Virus genome (UHGV): UHGV-1693621
Strand: one strand, 5' to 3'
From: a virus
Length of the DNA stretch: 18,860 nt
This document shows, one piece after another, positions 1 through 8,219 of the stretch. The notes beneath the pieces were generated by a model. It was not told where the DNA came from and did no database searches. It saw nothing but the letters and a program-made list of their open reading frames with translations. The position numbers and the translations under genes are program-made. Numbering within the stretch: position 1 is the first letter of the stretch; each line of letters starts with the position of its first letter.

Positions 1-339
1 AAGTCAGTATTTGCTGGTGTTCTGGGTGGTAAATACCGTGTATATATCGACCAGTATGCTAAACAGGATTATTTCACTGTAGGTTATAAAGGTCCGAACG
101 AAATGGATGCTGGTATTTACTATGCTCCATATGTAGCTCTGACTCCGCTGCGTGGTTCCGATCCGAAGAACTTCCAACCGGTAATGGGATTCAAAACTCG
201 TTACGGTATCGGTATCAACCCATTTGCAGAATCCGCTGCTCAGGCTCCGGCTTCTCGCATCCAGAGCGGTATGCCTTCTATTCTGAATAGCCTCGGTAAA
301 AACGCTTACTTTAGACGTGTATATGTTAAAGGTATCTAA
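1..339 (+). CDS. 23: Major capsid protein gp23, C-terminal part (5' end lies outside the window)
   Basis: Frame 1 is open from base 1 to TAA at 337-339. Position immediately upstream of a segD-like gene and gene 24, with a strong terminator directly downstream, fits T4 gene 23. Identity is from synteny and recollection of the gp23 C-terminus, not a search. Confidence 0.8.
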   Translation, partial: KSVFAGVLGGKYRVYIDQYAKQDYFTVGYKGPNEMDAGIYYAPYVALTPLRGSDPKNFQPVMGFKTRYGIGINPFAESAAQAPASRIQSGMPSILNSLGKNAYFRRVYVKGI

Positions 340-365
340 TCTCTAACGATAGAAACACAATTTTA

Positions 366-392
366 GGGAACCTTCGGGTTCCCTTTTTCTAT
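366..392 (+). terminator. Rho-independent terminator downstream of gene 23
   Basis: Perfect hairpin GGGAACC-TTCG-GGTTCCC (366-383) followed by TTTTT (384-388). Confidence 0.8.
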
Positions 393-1051
393 TTTATACG
401 ATAGCAATCAGGCATATCATCCGCATTTATCCAATTGCGAATAGTTTTAGGACTAACTTTAAAATGCTCCGCTGCGTAATCAGGATTATCAAATTTAACG
501 CCCTTTATACATATTGGAATAAATTTTTTAATACCACCAAGTTTTTCAGAAATAGCTTTACGATGTGAAATCGATATAGGTTTATTTTTTCGTGGATGAA
601 CATGTGTTTTATAATATTCATTGCGCCCTTTAACTCGCTTCGTAATAGTTTCATCAGATTGCTTAACGCCTGTTTTTGCCTTTGATATTTTTCGTTTAGC
701 TTCCGCAGTCATTCCTTCTTTTGTTCGCATTGATAACATATTACGATATGAAGGATCTTGCAAATGAACTATAACTGGATTTCCTCTACCACCAATAGCA
801 GCATTATAAGTATCAGTTCTCATAACGAATTCCTCATTGACTAGTAAAGCTTCCATTTTATACATCTCCTCAGATGAGGAGAAAGAATAAAGAATTTCTT
901 TTTTAAAGTTATGAATACCATATTTTTTGATGGATTTTTTGATGTTTACGCCAGAACCCATATAACCATCGTTTTCGTCAAGAGTAGCATGAGCTCCGAT
1001 GTAAATTTTTCCATTGATGATATTAGTAATTTGATATATTAAATATTTCAT
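389..1051 (-). CDS. segD: GIY-YIG homing endonuclease, SegD-like (I-TevI family)
   Basis: N-terminus MKYLIYQITNIINGKIYIGAH matches the GIY-YIG motif and aligns with the I-TevI N-terminus; C-terminal tail resembles the I-TevI HTH DNA-binding end. Start placed at ATG 1051 (GGAG about 11 nt upstream) rather than the track ATG at 1090. Location between genes 23 and 24 fits T4 segD as I recall it. Confidence 0.8.
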   Translation of the reverse strand: MKYLIYQITNIINGKIYIGAHATLDENDGYMGSGVNIKKSIKKYGIHNFKKEILYSFSSSEEMYKMEALLVNEEFVMRTDTYNAAIGGRGNPVIVHLQDPSYRNMLSMRTKEGMTAEAKRKISKAKTGVKQSDETITKRVKGRNEYYKTHVHPRKNKPISISHRKAISEKLGGIKKFIPICIKGVKFDNPDYAAEHFKVSPKTIRNWINADDMPDCYRIK

Positions 1052-1080
1052 TTTAAACACTACTCCATTTGTATATGAAT

Positions 1081-1109
1081 ATAATATCATATTACTTTGG
1101 TCTTGTAAA
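1081..1109 (-). promoter_or_regulatory. Putative sigma70/early-type promoter for the homing endonuclease
   Basis: On the - strand: -35 TTTACA (1104-1109), 17-bp spacer, -10 TATTAT (1081-1086). Predicted start lies downstream of the ATG at 1090, which supports the 1051 start. Confidence 0.3.
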
Positions 1110-1115
1110 TAACTT

Positions 1116-1123
1116 TATAAATA
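1116..1123 (+). promoter_or_regulatory. T4-type late promoter for gene 24
   Basis: Exact TATAAATA at 1116-1123, about 28 nt upstream of ATG 1151, with AAGGAAA Shine-Dalgarno at 1138-1144. Confidence 0.6.
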
Positions 1124-1150
1124 GTATTATATTTCAACAAGGAAAATACA

Positions 1151-2434
1151 ATGGCTAAAATCAACGAACTTCTGCGCGAATCAACCACAACGAATAGCAA
1201 CTCAATCGGTCGCCCAAATCTCGTTGCTTTGACTCGCGCTACCACTAAATTAATATATTCTGACATTGTAGCAACGCAAAGAACTAATCAACCTGTTGCT
1301 GCTTTTTATGGTATCAAATACCTTAACCCAGACAATGAATTTACATTTAAAACTGGTGCTACTTATGCTGGCGAAGCTGGATATGTAGACCGAGAACAAA
1401 TCACAGAATTAACAGAAGAGTCTAAATTAACTCTCAATAAGGGCGATTTATTCAAATATAATAATATCGTTTATAAAGTATTAGAAGATACACCATTTGC
1501 TGATATTGAAGAAAGCGATTTAGAATTAGCTCTTCAGATTGCAATTGTTCTTTTAAAGGTTCGTCTATTTTCTGACGCAGCGTCAACAAGCAAATTTGAA
1601 AGCTCTGATAGTGAAATTGCGGATGCTAGATTCCAGATTAATAAATGGCAAACCGCAGTTAAATCTCGTAAACTTAAAACTGGTATCACAGTTGAATTAG
1701 CACAAGATTTAGAAGCAAATGGATTCGATGCTCCTAATTTCTTGGAAGATTTGCTTGCAACTGAAATGGCAGATGAAATCAATAAAGATATTCTGCAGTC
1801 TTTGATTACAGTGTCAAAACGCTATAAAGTTACAGGAATTACTGATACTGGATTCATCGATTTGAGTTATGCATCTGCACCTGAAGCTGGTCGTTCATTA
1901 TACCGAATGGTATGTGAAATGGTTTCGCATATCCAAAAAGAATCAACTTATACGGCAACGTTCTGTGTTGCTTCAGCTCGTGCCGCTGCGATTCTTGCTG
2001 CATCTGGTTGGTTAAAACATAAACCAGAAGATGATAAGTATCTTTCACAAAATGCCTACGGGTTCTTAGCTAATGGTTTACCGCTTTATTGCGATACTAA
2101 CAGCCCATTAGATTATGTAATCGTTGGCGTAGTAGAAAATATCGGTGAAAAAGAAATTGTTGGATCAATTTTCTATGCTCCGTATACAGAAGGTCTTGAC
2201 TTAGATGACCCTGAACATGTGGGTGCATTTAAAGTTGTAGTCGATCCAGAAAGCTTGCAACCATCTATCGGTTTATTAGTTAGATATGCTTTATCAGCAA
2301 ATCCTTATACCGTAGCAAAAGATGAAAAAGAAGCAAGAATAATTGACGGTGGAGACATGGATAAAATGGCGGGTCGTTCAGATTTGTCTGTTTTATTAGG
2401 TGTTAAATTACCAAAAATTATTATTGATGAATAA
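1151..2434 (+). CDS. 24: Capsid vertex protein gp24
   Basis: 427-aa ORF; length and sequence match my recollection of T4 gp24. Late promoter and RBS upstream, terminator downstream. Confidence 0.9.
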   Translation: MAKINELLRESTTTNSNSIGRPNLVALTRATTKLIYSDIVATQRTNQPVAAFYGIKYLNPDNEFTFKTGATYAGEAGYVDREQITELTEESKLTLNKGDLFKYNNIVYKVLEDTPFADIEESDLELALQIAIVLLKVRLFSDAASTSKFESSDSEIADARFQINKWQTAVKSRKLKTGITVELAQDLEANGFDAPNFLEDLLATEMADEINKDILQSLITVSKRYKVTGITDTGFIDLSYASAPEAGRSLYRMVCEMVSHIQKESTYTATFCVASARAAAILAASGWLKHKPEDDKYLSQNAYGFLANGLPLYCDTNSPLDYVIVGVVENIGEKEIVGSIFYAPYTEGLDLDDPEHVGAFKVVVDPESLQPSIGLLVRYALSANPYTVAKDEKEARIIDGGDMDKMAGRSDLSVLLGVKLPKIIIDE

Positions 2435-2440
2435 AACAAA

Positions 2441-2465
2441 GGGACCGAAAGGTCCCTTTTTATTT
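2441..2465. terminator. Bidirectional rho-independent terminator between convergent gene 24 and rnlB
   Basis: Hairpin GGGACC-GAAA-GGTCCC (2441-2456) flanked by TTTTTATTT on the + strand and by TTTGTTTTAT on the - strand. Confidence 0.7.
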
Positions 2466-3468
2466 AGCTCAACAACTCAATCCAAGCTGGACGAAGTACA
2501 TCTTGTACCATTTTAACTAATTCCTTTTTAATCAAAGAAGGATTATCTGCTTGAGTTAGAGTAATACCTTCACGAGAAGTTTCTTCCAAAATATCTTGGA
2601 CAGTTAGCCCCATCACCTTTCCAAAATCCTTTGGACCAATTTCGCCAATTTTAGAAATAACGTTATTTACTCGGTTCAGTGTAACGTAACAAGCTAAAAT
2701 TCCCACCAATTTGTTATCAGCTTCTGATAGTTCAACTTTAGCTTTAATAGGCTTATCAGACTTTTTCTTTTCACTAAATTTGGAATTCTTGCATTTAATT
2801 GCTACACGATTTCCATTATGAAGCCAAGAAGGATAACAAGGTTTCAATACATATCCTTCAGCAGTAAATACTTCGCCTTTTGCTTCGGCATTCCAAACGC
2901 ATTTATTTGCATCAACTAATCCGGCATGGTCTACCGTAAAATTATAATCTTGGACGACAGAATCTAAATCATTTGGCAATTTAATAAGTTCTTCAAATTT
3001 ACCGCGACCTAAAAGTGGAGCCATTTTAAATTTAAATGTATTACAGAATGATTCCATCATATAATCGTCGACATAAGTCACATCACCACTTTCTGTAGTG
3101 ACAATAATGTCAAATACATAAAAATCTTTATCGCCATAATCGACATTCTTCTGAATGCCAGGTCCAGCGAATTCGCCAAAGACTTGATAAGATACAACCG
3201 CTGAGGTTTCCATAATATCTTGTACTGCTTTAATGGAATCAGCGTAATTCTTTAGAATAATTTCATACCCAAAGAAATCTTCAGCGGGAAGAATCGGTCC
3301 AGTACGCTTAGCGCAAGTTACTTTATCACGCTCAATAATCAATGAGAAATTTGTGCCGTGAATCTTTTCACGAGCTACCCACTCCCCACCAGTCAATCCC
3401 AAGCTATAAAGTTTTTCAATAAATTTAGAGTTGTAATGATTTTCAAGACTGCTATACTTTTTAAACAT
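2464..3468 (-). CDS. rnlB: RNA ligase 2 (Rnl2)
   Basis: 334-aa ORF with nucleotidyltransferase motif I KIHGTN (KxHGxN) near the N-terminus. Length and sequence match my recollection of T4 Rnl2. GAGGA Shine-Dalgarno overlaps the upstream stop codon. Confidence 0.9.
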   Translation of the reverse strand: MFKKYSSLENHYNSKFIEKLYSLGLTGGEWVAREKIHGTNFSLIIERDKVTCAKRTGPILPAEDFFGYEIILKNYADSIKAVQDIMETSAVVSYQVFGEFAGPGIQKNVDYGDKDFYVFDIIVTTESGDVTYVDDYMMESFCNTFKFKMAPLLGRGKFEELIKLPNDLDSVVQDYNFTVDHAGLVDANKCVWNAEAKGEVFTAEGYVLKPCYPSWLHNGNRVAIKCKNSKFSEKKKSDKPIKAKVELSEADNKLVGILACYVTLNRVNNVISKIGEIGPKDFGKVMGLTVQDILEETSREGITLTQADNPSLIKKELVKMVQDVLRPAWIELLS

Positions 3469-3477
3469 AATTAATCC

Positions 3478-3756
3478 TCAAAATGTAATTTCTAACCAAT
3501 CACCATCACGCTGATCACTATTGACTTTAAAGCTAAATCCTTCTTTTCTCAGCCAATCACCAATTTCTTCAGTAATCAATTTATCACGAGCAATACAATA
3601 ATAACTAAAATGCGTTTTACCTTGTTCAGCTGCTTTATTAGCAAGTTCCGAAAAATCTTTAATAAAGCACTCTAGTTTAAACTGTTTACTTTTGAATGCT
3701 TTTTCGCGTAATTGATTAGCAAAAGATTCATTTTCATAAAGATCATACTGTTCCAT
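3478..3756 (-). CDS. 24.2: Small hypothetical protein, 24.2-like
   Basis: 92-aa ORF in the syntenic position of T4 24.2, translationally coupled to rnlB. No recognisable motif. Confidence 0.65.
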   Translation of the reverse strand: MEQYDLYENESFANQLREKAFKSKQFKLECFIKDFSELANKAAEQGKTHFSYYCIARDKLITEEIGDWLRKEGFSFKVNSDQRDGDWLEITF

Positions 3757-3958
3757 TTTTCACCTTTTTATTGATATGTCTTTTTCTATAGACAACTTTT
3801 TCTCGAGTTTCAAATTTATTCTTAGCAGTCATAGCTCGAGCCCATAATACAGCCACTTCTTTCGCCTGTAAGTTTAATTCACGAGCAATTTCAATGAATG
3901 ACTTTCCAGACTCATGAAGAGTAAACACCACAACCTCAGTTCTCATAATCAATCTCAT
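3743..3958 (-). CDS. 24.3: Small protein with HTH-like segment, 24.3-like
   Basis: 71-aa ORF in the syntenic position of T4 24.3. Segment GKSFIEIARELNLQAKEVAVLWARA resembles a helix-turn-helix. Confidence 0.65.
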   Translation of the reverse strand: MRLIMRTEVVVFTLHESGKSFIEIARELNLQAKEVAVLWARAMTAKNKFETREKVVYRKRHINKKVKNGTV

Positions 3959-4025
3959 GTTATCGAGTTGGTGCCATTATATACATCATTTTCTGATTGT
4001 GTTTTGTGTGCTTTTAAAATGAAGA

Positions 4026-4043
4026 AAGGGGCCGAAGCCCCTT
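4026..4043 (-). terminator. Rho-independent terminator downstream of hoc
   Basis: Hairpin GGGGC-CGAA-GCCCC with AA/TT extension (4026-4043), followed on the - strand by a T-rich run, immediately 3' of the hoc stop at 4048. Confidence 0.55.
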
Positions 4044-4047
4044 ATGA

Positions 4048-5463
4048 TTATGGATAGGTATAGATGATACCAGTTTCTAAAGCAGTTTTATGAATGATGT
4101 ATCCATTACGTGATTCTTGGACATCAACTTCTGGATAGTCTTTCATCATCTTCTGAAGAGTGTAACGATGCAAGTAATACTTACTACCCGGATCGTCAAT
4201 TTTCCAATCTTTACCTTCTTCAGTCATTTTTTGGATTTCATCCATAACCCACCAACCGCACCAGATGTAAGCTGAAGTACGATGTGGAAGAGGATGAACA
4301 TAAGGTAGTTCACCTTCTGGTTCAATTGGAGTCCGTTCAGCAATAACAACTTCAGCTGTTGAACTAATTGTCTTTGAAGTGTAATTATCTTTAGTTAATA
4401 CTGCTTCAACTTTAATTGTATGAGTACCCGCTGAGGAGGTATCAATACTATAAGTATTAGTAGAATTACTTTCTGCTACGTTGTCTTTCTTCCAAGAGTA
4501 CACAATATTAGTATCACCAGGAGCACCAGTAACAGATGCTGTTAAAGTTGCAGTTCCACCAACAGTAGTATTAACTGATGGCGGAGATAAAGAAATGGTG
4601 GCACTATTAAATGTCGCATTATTAGTTACTACTGTTGCTTCTGCTGAAATTTCTTTTGTAACATAATTTGTTGCAGAAACAGATGCGGTGCATTTAAGAG
4701 TTTTACTTCCGACTTCGGTCGGAGTGAATTTATACGTAGCAGAAGTTGCATCCGGAATATTACTGTCATCCATTGACCATTGGAATGTTATAGTAGCACC
4801 TGAAGGTGCACTAGAGACATTTGCAGTTAAAGTAATAGGAACACCAAAGACTGTAGTCGGAGACTCGGGTGTAATTTTTAGCGTCGAAGAATTAGCCTTT
4901 TTATTTACAGTCAAAGAAACCGCTGATGATTCTACTGTTTTATCAACGTAATCAGTTGCAGTCACTGTGACAGAGCAAGTTATAGACTTAGTTCCTTCAG
5001 TTGTTGGTGTATATTCAAAGGTTGATTGCTTTTGACCGTCAACAGCGACCCCGTCAACTTTCCATGTATAATCAATAGCAGCACCAGTAGGTTGATTGCT
5101 TACATTAGCAGTGAATGTTGTTGCTGTTCCAATTTCTACTGCTGCAGGAGAAGCCGGAGTAACAGTGATAGTGGAATTATTTTCTTTCTTATTAACAGTG
5201 ATAGTTGTTGATGCTTCAGCTATTTCCGGATCTCCTGCGGAAAGTGTATTAGTTGCAACCACTTTAATTTTTTTTGTTCCTGCTGGAGAAGCAAGAGTAT
5301 AATCCATTGTAGCAGCCGTAGAGCCCTGTGTTATATCATCTACAGTCCAGACGTATGTAATAGTACCATCTGGAGTTTCACCTGCAGGTGTAGCAGTGAA
5401 TGTTTGTGAACCTCCAATAACCCCTGTAGGAGTTAGAGGAGATAACGTGACAGTGAATGCCAT
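4048..5463 (-). CDS. hoc: Hoc, highly immunogenic outer capsid protein, with four tandem Ig-like domains plus a capsid-binding C-terminus
   Basis: 471-aa ORF with four repeats of roughly 90-95 aa, Thr/Ser-rich and beta-strand-like, each ending near TVNKK/VTNN. C-terminal region EGELPYVHPLPHR...IIYTYP matches the Hoc capsid-binding domain as I recall it. AGGA Shine-Dalgarno 6 nt upstream. Confidence 0.85.
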   Translation of the reverse strand: MAFTVTLSPLTPTGVIGGSQTFTATPAGETPDGTITYVWTVDDITQGSTAATMDYTLASPAGTKKIKVVATNTLSAGDPEIAEASTTITVNKKENNSTITVTPASPAAVEIGTATTFTANVSNQPTGAAIDYTWKVDGVAVDGQKQSTFEYTPTTEGTKSITCSVTVTATDYVDKTVESSAVSLTVNKKANSSTLKITPESPTTVFGVPITLTANVSSAPSGATITFQWSMDDSNIPDATSATYKFTPTEVGSKTLKCTASVSATNYVTKEISAEATVVTNNATFNSATISLSPPSVNTTVGGTATLTASVTGAPGDTNIVYSWKKDNVAESNSTNTYSIDTSSAGTHTIKVEAVLTKDNYTSKTISSTAEVVIAERTPIEPEGELPYVHPLPHRTSAYIWCGWWVMDEIQKMTEEGKDWKIDDPGSKYYLHRYTLQKMMKDYPEVDVQESRNGYIIHKTALETGIIYTYP

Positions 5464-5472
5464 AAGTTATCC

Positions 5473-6153
5473 TTATTTTAATGTTATGAAAGAAGAATTA
5501 CGAGTTTCGCGAATTAGAACTGATCCATCGCGATTAATATAATAAATTAAGCTAAATAATGTTTGGTGCGCCGACGCATGTTCAAAACTAGTTGGGTGAG
5601 ATTTCCAATCAGGAGTTTCAGCAATCCATTGATAAATCCACCAAGGAACAGTGCAGAATCCTGGATTTTTTCCAATCAGCTGAAGATTCGGACTAAAGTT
5701 TTCCGGAAGAGTAAATACAGACGGCTTTTCAGATTCAATAATCTCAGCTACAGCCTGTTCAAATTTTTCTTCAACAAATGGAGTATCTTCAATTAAAACA
5801 TCGGTATTTTCAGGAATTTTATCCGTTTCTACTACTTCAATTTTAATGTCAGATTTAACCGGAGAATCAATCAGAAGTGCTGCTTCTGGATTGACTTCTT
5901 CATCGTCATATTTTAACCCCTCTGCAGCATCAGCAGCATCAATTAAGTCTTTAATAGATAACCCATCAGTCTCTGGCATAGGTTCACTAGCGAGCTTCTG
6001 GAGGGCTTCTTCAATATCAACAACGATATTATCAAAAGATTTATTCTTTTTGACCTTTATACCAAACTGTTCAGCATATTCAGCTAATTTAGCTTTAGCT
6101 TCTTTGTTATCATCAAGAGCCTTCAGCTCTGCAATATAATCTTTATCTATCAT
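5473..6153 (-). CDS. inh: Inh, inhibitor of prohead protease
   Basis: 226-aa ORF in the position of T4 inh between hoc and uvsW; acidic N-terminal half; GAGGAAA Shine-Dalgarno upstream. Confidence 0.75.
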   Translation of the reverse strand: MIDKDYIAELKALDDNKEAKAKLAEYAEQFGIKVKKNKSFDNIVVDIEEALQKLASEPMPETDGLSIKDLIDAADAAEGLKYDDEEVNPEAALLIDSPVKSDIKIEVVETDKIPENTDVLIEDTPFVEEKFEQAVAEIIESEKPSVFTLPENFSPNLQLIGKNPGFCTVPWWIYQWIAETPDWKSHPTSFEHASAHQTLFSLIYYINRDGSVLIRETRNSSFITLK

Positions 6154-6166
6154 AATATTTCCTCAG

Positions 6167-6174
6167 TATAAATA
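6167..6174 (+). promoter_or_regulatory. T4-type late promoter for uvsW
   Basis: Exact TATAAATA at 6167-6174, about 30 nt upstream of the uvsW ATG at 6204. Confidence 0.6.
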
Positions 6175-6203
6175 TAGATATATTTATTACATGGTATTTA
6201 GAC

Positions 6204-7715
6204 ATGACTGACATTAAAGTACATTTTTATGATTTTAGTCACGTGAGAATTGATTGTGAAGAAAGTACATTTCATGAACTCCGTGATTTCTTTAGCTTTG
6301 AAGCTGATGGGTATAGGTTTAATCCTCGCTTCAGATATGGCAACTGGGATGGACGAATCCGTCTTTTAGATTATAATCGTCTTCTTCCATTCGGCTTAGT
6401 CGGGCAAATTAAAAAGTTCTGTGATAACTTTGGCTATAAAGCCTGGATTGACCCGCAGATTAACGAAAAAGAAGAATTATCAAGAAAAGATTTTGATGAA
6501 TGGCTTTCTAAATTAGAAATCTATTCAGGAAATAAAAGAATTGAACCACACTGGTATCAAAAAGATGCAGTGTTCGAAGGATTAGTTAATCGTCGTAGAA
6601 TTCTTAATCTTCCAACATCCGCTGGTAAATCTTTAATTCAAGCTTTGCTTGCGCGGTATTATTTGGAAAATTATGAAGGTAAAATTCTTATCATTGTTCC
6701 AACAACTGCTTTAACAACTCAGATGGCTGATGACTTTGTTGACTATCGTTTATTCAGTCATGCAATGATAAAGAAAATCGGTGGTGGAGCATCAAAAGAT
6801 GATAAATATAAAAATGATGCACCAGTCGTTGTTGGTACATGGCAAACTGTAGTTAAACAACCAAAAGAATGGTTCTCACAGTTTGGAATGATGATGAATG
6901 ATGAATGTCATCTTGCTACAGGAAAAAGTATTTCATCTATCATATCAGGTTTAAATAACTGCATGTTTAAATTTGGTCTATCAGGTTCATTACGTGATGG
7001 CAAAGCCAATATCATGCAGTATGTTGGAATGTTTGGTGAAATATTTAAGCCAGTAACGACTTCTAAATTAATGGAAGATGGACAAGTAACTGAGCTAAAA
7101 ATTAATAGTATTTTTCTTCGCTATCCCGATGAGTTCACTACTAAATTAAAGGGAAAAACTTATCAAGAAGAAATAAAAATTATTACGGGGCTCAGTAAAA
7201 GAAATAAATGGATCGCTAAATTAGCTATTAAGCTTGCGCAAAAAGATGAAAACGCTTTTGTCATGTTTAAACATGTATCGCACGGTAAAGCTATTTTCGA
7301 TTTAATTAAAAATGAATACGATAAAGTTTATTACGTATCAGGGGAAGTTGATACCGAAACCCGCAATATAATGAAAACCTTAGCTGAAAATGGTAAAGGA
7401 ATAATTATAGTAGCTAGTTATGGTGTATTTTCTACTGGTATTTCAGTTAAAAATCTGCATCACGTTGTTTTAGCGCATGGTGTTAAATCTAAAATTATTG
7501 TATTGCAAACAATAGGTCGCGTATTACGTAAGCATGGTTCTAAAACAATTGCAACAGTCTGGGATCTTATAGATGACTGTGGTGTCAAGCCAAAATCTGC
7601 TAATACGAAAAAGAAATATGTTCATTTGAACTATCTTTTAAAACACGGCATTGATCGTATTCAGCGCTACGCAGATGAAAAATTCAATTACGTAATGAAA
7701 ACAGTTAATTTATAA
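6204..7715 (+). CDS. uvsW: UvsW DNA/RNA helicase (SF2)
   Basis: 503-aa ORF with Walker A PTSAGKS and DECH box (NDECHLATG). Length and sequence agree with my recollection of T4 UvsW. Confidence 0.9.
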   Translation: MTDIKVHFYDFSHVRIDCEESTFHELRDFFSFEADGYRFNPRFRYGNWDGRIRLLDYNRLLPFGLVGQIKKFCDNFGYKAWIDPQINEKEELSRKDFDEWLSKLEIYSGNKRIEPHWYQKDAVFEGLVNRRRILNLPTSAGKSLIQALLARYYLENYEGKILIIVPTTALTTQMADDFVDYRLFSHAMIKKIGGGASKDDKYKNDAPVVVGTWQTVVKQPKEWFSQFGMMMNDECHLATGKSISSIISGLNNCMFKFGLSGSLRDGKANIMQYVGMFGEIFKPVTTSKLMEDGQVTELKINSIFLRYPDEFTTKLKGKTYQEEIKIITGLSKRNKWIAKLAIKLAQKDENAFVMFKHVSHGKAIFDLIKNEYDKVYYVSGEVDTETRNIMKTLAENGKGIIIVASYGVFSTGISVKNLHHVVLAHGVKSKIIVLQTIGRVLRKHGSKTIATVWDLIDDCGVKPKSANTKKKYVHLNYLLKHGIDRIQRYADEKFNYVMKTVNL

Positions 7716-7730
7716 GGGCTTCGGCCCTTT
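7715..7730 (+). other. Short RNA stem-loop between uvsW and uvsW.1
   Basis: AGGGC-TTCG-GCCCT hairpin followed by only TT, then GGAG Shine-Dalgarno of uvsW.1. Weak terminator or stability element. Confidence 0.3.
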
Positions 7731-7740
7731 GGAGAAAAAG

Positions 7741-7971
7741 ATGTTACTAGAATTTAAACAATTTCTTTATGAAGCTTCTATTGATGAATTTATGGGTAAA
7801 ATTGCCTCTTGTCAAACATTAGAAGGTTTAGAAGAACTTGAAGCTTATTATAAGAAAAGAGTCAAAGAAACTGAATTAAAAGATACTGATGACATCTCTG
7901 TGAGAGATGCTTTGGCAGGAAAAAGAGCTGAATTAGAAGATTCAGACGATGAAGTAGAAGAAAGCTTTTAA
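7741..7971 (+). CDS. uvsW.1: UvsW.1, small acidic protein
   Basis: 76 aa from ATG 7741 (GGAG at 7731-7734); the track ORF begins at an upstream TTG. Size and position match T4 UvsW.1 as I recall it. Confidence 0.75.
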   Translation: MLLEFKQFLYEASIDEFMGKIASCQTLEGLEELEAYYKKRVKETELKDTDDISVRDALAGKRAELEDSDDEVEESF

Positions 7972-7974
7972 ATT

Positions 7975-8003
7975 AAAAAAGGCCCAACCAAAAAGGAAGG
8001 GCC
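7975..8003 (-). terminator. Putative terminator of the uvsY operon
   Basis: GGCCC / GGGCC stem (7981-7985 with 7999-8003) around a 13-nt loop, followed on the - strand by TTTTTT (complement of 7975-7980). Not T-flanked on the + strand. Confidence 0.4.
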
Positions 8004-8026
8004 AAAACTATAGACTAAAGGTCACA

Positions 8027-8194
8027 CTATAGCAAAAGTTGTGTTTCATTTAATTGTTCTTCCGAACTTTCTGAAACTGGTAGTTCTTTAATGTAATTAT
8101 AGCAAGGCCCAGGATGTACAGGACCTTTGTCTGTTTCAACAACCAATGCAGAATCGATTGGAGTTTTACAGACAACACAAATCTTATCTGACAT
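8027..8194 (-). CDS. uvsY.-2: Small Cys-containing protein, uvsY.-2-like
   Basis: Hand-translated 55-aa ORF (MSDKICVVCKTPIDSALVVETDKGPVHPGPCYNYIKELPVSESSEEQLNETQLLL) below the track size cutoff. Strong GAGGAGA Shine-Dalgarno upstream of ATG 8192-8194, TAG stop at 8027-8029. Confidence 0.6.
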   Translation of the reverse strand: MSDKICVVCKTPIDSALVVETDKGPVHPGPCYNYIKELPVSESSEEQLNETQLLL

Positions 8195-8219
8195 GATTGT
8201 CTCCTCTGAATTATATATC

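Noticed and set aside
1534-2048. - strand ORFs of 82 and 64 aa inside gene 24
   Set aside because: Antisense to a well-supported, highly conserved structural gene; no RBS or promoter; low-complexity translations typical of shadow ORFs.
4007-4017. + strand TGCTTTT MotA-box-like motif upstream of the hoc terminator
   Set aside because: No properly spaced -10 element downstream, and transcription would run antisense into hoc; probably a chance match.
4481-5302. Four + strand ORFs (61-87 aa) antisense to hoc
   Set aside because: Shadow ORFs produced by the repetitive Thr/Ser/Ala-rich hoc coding strand; no start-site signals.
5563-6139. + strand ORFs of 77 and 97 aa antisense to inh
   Set aside because: Low-complexity translations with no RBS, fully nested in the inh coding region.
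6181-6188. Possible late promoter for inh (- strand AATAAATA, 7/8 match to TATAAATA)
   Set aside because: Not an exact match to the strongly conserved TATAAATA late promoter core; kept only as a weak candidate.
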